NCBI GenBank assembly: GCA_019057865.1
Contig: JAHLWP010000001.1
Span: forward strand, 96,001-160,000
Direction of reading: 5' to 3'
DNA: 64,000 nt
Source of the DNA: Promethearchaeota archaeon
Lineage (GTDB): Archaea > Asgardarchaeota > Lokiarchaeia > Sigyniarchaeales > SOKP01
The notes below the pieces were generated by a model. It searched no databases, was not told the origin of the DNA, and saw only the letters and a program-made list of their open reading frames with translations. Both the position numbers and the translations under genes were made by a program. Positions within the stretch are counted from its first letter, which is position 1, and each line of letters begins with the position of its first letter. Below are positions 62,531 through 64,000 of the stretch, piece after piece.

Positions 62531-64000
62531 AAATGTTGAATTAGAGCGTCTAAAATTAAAAATCTTAGAAGCAATTAGATATTCGAAGCGCTTTTGGATG
62601 ACATATAGAGAAAATACGTTTGGAATTGCATCAATTCTAAATTTAATTTATAAAAAGTCCTTTATCGAAGTATTATTTTTTACAAACAAAGACGTTATGG
62701 AAAAAGGAGTCCCTTTATTAAAAATCTATACGCCAATAGAAGAAGAAATTGATTTTAATGAAATTATTGTAGAACCCGATTTTGATGAGGATGGTCTTGT
62801 CAGTCCTAGGAAAATTATTGAACGTATGAGGAAACTTATTAGAAAAGAATTTCAAAAGCGTTTAACATTATTAGATATAGAAGTGGAATTAATAGATAAA
62901 AAGTTCGAAAATGATCCAGTCGAGAATAATCCTTACTTTAGAGAGATTAGAATTTTTTTCCCATATTTTATAATAGGGTTAAAGGTAAATTTTGAAAAAT
63001 ACCCTCTCTTACCATCATTTTTCTTTTCGAAAACACTTTTAAAAATTATAAATGAAAGAGAATTTAATGAAGAAAATATTATTAAAAACTGGAATGACGA
63101 AAAGCCCCCTCACATTTATCAACTAATCGAGAAAGTGTGTGAAATTGTTACAGACCGTCTAAAATTGGATCATTTAAATGAAAATTCTCAACATTTAATT
63201 CTTAATGATGTATCTATTAAGAATGGAATAAAAAATGTCTCATTCAATATTCATAGGGGAAAATCAATAGGGATACTCTATGAGGAACAACAACTCTATG
63301 ATAAAGATCATAAATATGATTTATTTTATTTATTTTGGGCTATTTCGGGAAATTATTCTGATTTTTCTGGGACAATTGAGATTTTTGGAAATCAGATTCA
63401 ACAATTAAATGAAACAGATTTAGAAAAAATAGTAATTCTACCCCAAGCGTATGATTCAAAAATAAAAAACATGAAAATTAAGAAAGCAATCAAATATGAT
63501 ATTAATCTTAATGAAATCCTTAAAAGTAGAAAAACTACATTGAACACAATATTGAAAGATGCTGGTTTTGTACCAAAGATTGATGAGATAATGGAAGAGA
63601 TTTTTTTTGCTGCTTCAAAGAGAATTCTTCTTAAAAATATATATATTAAAAATGCTTTAGAAGTCACTGGATTATTACATAAGAAAAAAAAAAGAATTTC
63701 TAAATTAAATCAATTAGAATACCTCTTATTTTCGATTGCAAGGGCTTTACTGCAATTTCCTTCAATAATTATGTTCTTTATTCCTTTTGAAATATTAGAC
63801 CGATTAGAATATGATAAATTTAATAATTACATGAAAAAAATTAAAGAAAAGTTTCATGTGATTTTAATCTTTTATGCTCCTGAAGGAATAATATCCAATT
63901 GTGATCAAATCATAACTATTAGCAATTTGGAATCTAAAACAGGGACATTCAGCAATTTAATTGAAGAATTACCTCAATCAGGTGAAATAATTATAATTGA
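62517..64000 (+). CDS. RWD/UBC-like domain(s) fused to a degenerate ABC ATPase; 3'-partial and absent from the ORF track
   Basis: TTG 62517 with SD GGAGGTG at 62503-62509; frame open to the window end; VNFEKYPLLPSFFF...IKNWNDEKPPHI, then an ABC fold with degenerate Walker A/B and signature. Confidence 0.8.
   Translation, partial: MKNSRNVELERLKLKILEAIRYSKRFWMTYRENTFGIASILNLIYKKSFIEVLFFTNKDVMEKGVPLLKIYTPIEEEIDFNEIIVEPDFDEDGLVSPRKIIERMRKLIRKEFQKRLTLLDIEVELIDKKFENDPVENNPYFREIRIFFPYFIIGLKVNFEKYPLLPSFFFSKTLLKIINEREFNEENIIKNWNDEKPPHIYQLIEKVCEIVTDRLKLDHLNENSQHLILNDVSIKNGIKNVSFNIHRGKSIGILYEEQQLYDKDHKYDLFYLFWAISGNYSDFSGTIEIFGNQIQQLNETDLEKIVILPQAYDSKIKNMKIKKAIKYDINLNEILKSRKTTLNTILKDAGFVPKIDEIMEEIFFAASKRILLKNIYIKNALEVTGLLHKKKKRISKLNQLEYLLFSIARALLQFPSIIMFFIPFEILDRLEYDKFNNYMKKIKEKFHVILIFYAPEGIISNCDQIITISNLESKTGTFSNLIEELPQSGEIIII

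Noticed and set aside
5784-63667. Short ORFs overlapping longer genes (e.g. 5784-6026, 7781-8161, 8903-9388, 12464-12985, 34150-34710, 42220-42438, 63398-63667)
   Set aside because: Antisense or alternate-frame shadows of well-supported CDSs, with no motifs.
1-64000. CRISPR arrays, IS elements, integrases, rRNA
   Set aside because: No regularly spaced repeats, transposase or integrase motifs, or rRNA-like segments were seen.

Overview
AT-rich archaeal window, most consistent with Lokiarchaeia/Asgard archaea (inferred from Ftr, F420 enzymes, archaeal Hsp20, a uDENN/longin-like protein, Loki-type Zn-finger proteins and an intron-bearing tRNA). It is densely coding: an MttB 3' end, a 2-oxoacid:ferredoxin oxidoreductase operon with an FrhB-PyrK fusion, three ABC exporter loci, catabolic enzymes and a tRNA-His missed by the ORF track. 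The main finding is a pair of 30-nt bulge-helix-bulge (BHB) introns in protein-coding genes. One (45068-45097, minus) splits the first CxxCxxC motif of an HdrD/GlcF-like Fe-S oxidoreductase and carries an in-frame UAG; removing it at the canonical BHB cut sites restores S-C-M-G-C-G-D-C. A truncated paralog has a second 30-nt BHB at the identical codon position (42267-42296), only 10/30 identical in sequence but with the same structure. That second element is 19/30 identical to the 30-nt non-canonical intron of the tRNA-His 12 kb away. Both flanking FAD-oxidoreductase paralogs carry one TGA at a conserved Trp. The window ends in an unusual five-gene ABC operon that includes a prenyltransferase-repeat/TM/ABC-ATPase fusion and an unannotated RWD/UBC-like domain fused to a degenerate ABC ATPase. 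All calls come from manual reading of the sequence; no database searches were run.
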